A stretch of 64,000 nt of DNA from positions 2,542,001 to 2,606,000 of the forward strand of contig JBHGNT010000016.1 in NCBI GenBank assembly GCA_043228905.1. Direction: 5' to 3'. The translations under genes and the position numbers were made by a program. Source of the stretch: Azolla caroliniana. Its lineage: Eukaryota; Plantae; Polypodiophyta. Each line of letters begins with the position of its first letter. The first letter of the stretch is position 1. The notes under the pieces were generated by a model, which worked only from the letters and a program-made list of their open reading frames with translations, did not search any database and was not told where the DNA came from. This document shows positions 62,963-64,000 of the stretch, in pieces.

Positions 62963-64000
62963 ACCCCTTTTTTCGTCTTCACATCATTAACCACTTTGTA
63001 ACCCAAAATCTAGGGCTTTTCTTAAGCAGTAGATTTGTCTTGATATGATGATCCACTTAAATCCATCTTGTTAGCGCACCCATAAAGTAAACAAAGAAAG
63101 CAAATTTGTAACTTAATCTTCTGGTTAATGAGTTGTAGACAGGAAAGTTGTTTTTCCTGTGTATTTAGGAGAAGAGGATTAAATTCCTTGAAAAATGGAA
63201 ACATAAATGCCCAAGCTGTTTGATCTTGGCAATTGCTCTTCTTCCATCGTCTTGATTCTGGAGCTGAAACCCTCTTTTCTAACGACAACAAAGTTTTAAC
63301 AAAGTAAAACTAAATTGCATCAAGTTATAATGCGGAGTTTGAAGAAGATTCAATCTTTGGACTCTTAGTTAAGCTTGATGTGATTGATTAATAAATTTGA
63401 AGTCCAAACTGAATCAGAATGAATTTATAATTTGAGAAGGTGACCTTTGGAGTTTGTGCTATACATGATATTTAATAAGATCTACAACTTAAGCAATGAG
63501 ATTTCCGAAATAAATTTTTTTATGGACAAGGGACAATTTTTACAATTCAGGATTAGTATAAAACATACCAATAGAAAGCTCATTAAGAGCCATGAAATCA
63601 TTTAAAGAAGAATGTAAAGGACAATTAAAAAGGAGGCATGACTTCTCCTCCATCACCCAAACCTATCAAAGTCACATAATAACACTCCAAAAGTTGAGAT
63701 GATTAATCAAGTGTTTTGCATCTACCCCACTATAATCTGATTGCCAATTAACTACGTGTGCAAACATCCGGTGACTAATGAAGTGTGATTGTGAAGTAAT
63801 TAACCAATCTCACGATGGGCTTTGTCACTCTTTTTCTTGGTGTGCAAACATGTTAACCAAGCCATCATTTCTATAATAAATAGAACATTGCATATGCTTT
63901 GCGTTCACAATATATTTCTAGAAGCACTATAACATCTACAGACATGTGCTTGAGATTTGATGCTGAACATATGGGAATGCAAATTTATCAATGGTTACAA

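Overview
Eukaryotic nuclear DNA from a land plant, AT-rich with many (AG)n microsatellites. The Tcn1/Tf2-type retroelement and the L1 types suggest a non-seed plant, probably a fern (inference). Six spliced protein-coding genes can be rebuilt by hand: hydroxyproline O-arabinosyltransferase (HPAT/RDN1 family, +, 8 exons), an uncharacterised plant protein with an (Asn-Pro)n tract encoded by TTAGGG-like repeats (-), AHA1 (+), an AGD6/7-type ArfGAP (-), a glutamate receptor-like channel (GLR, -) and a group-III patatin-like phospholipase (+). The intergenic space is mostly decayed L1-type LINEs. A ~7.2 kb Mutator-like element (~200 bp TIRs, 9-10 bp TSD) lies between GLR and the patatin gene. It holds a truncated Tcn1/Tf2-like Gypsy element, a solo LTR nested in that element's gag, a LINE 3' end and a possible Ulp1-protease relic. 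The most notable observations are a pPLAIII-type protein that keeps the canonical GxSxG serine and DGG aspartate, a GLR with an unusual pore and gate, a duplicated splice acceptor in ArfGAP that leads to a stop, a conserved C-terminal LINE module, and many recent 45-180 bp tandem duplications. I found no tRNA, rRNA or CRISPR feature, and I cannot prove a wholly new system from sequence alone.
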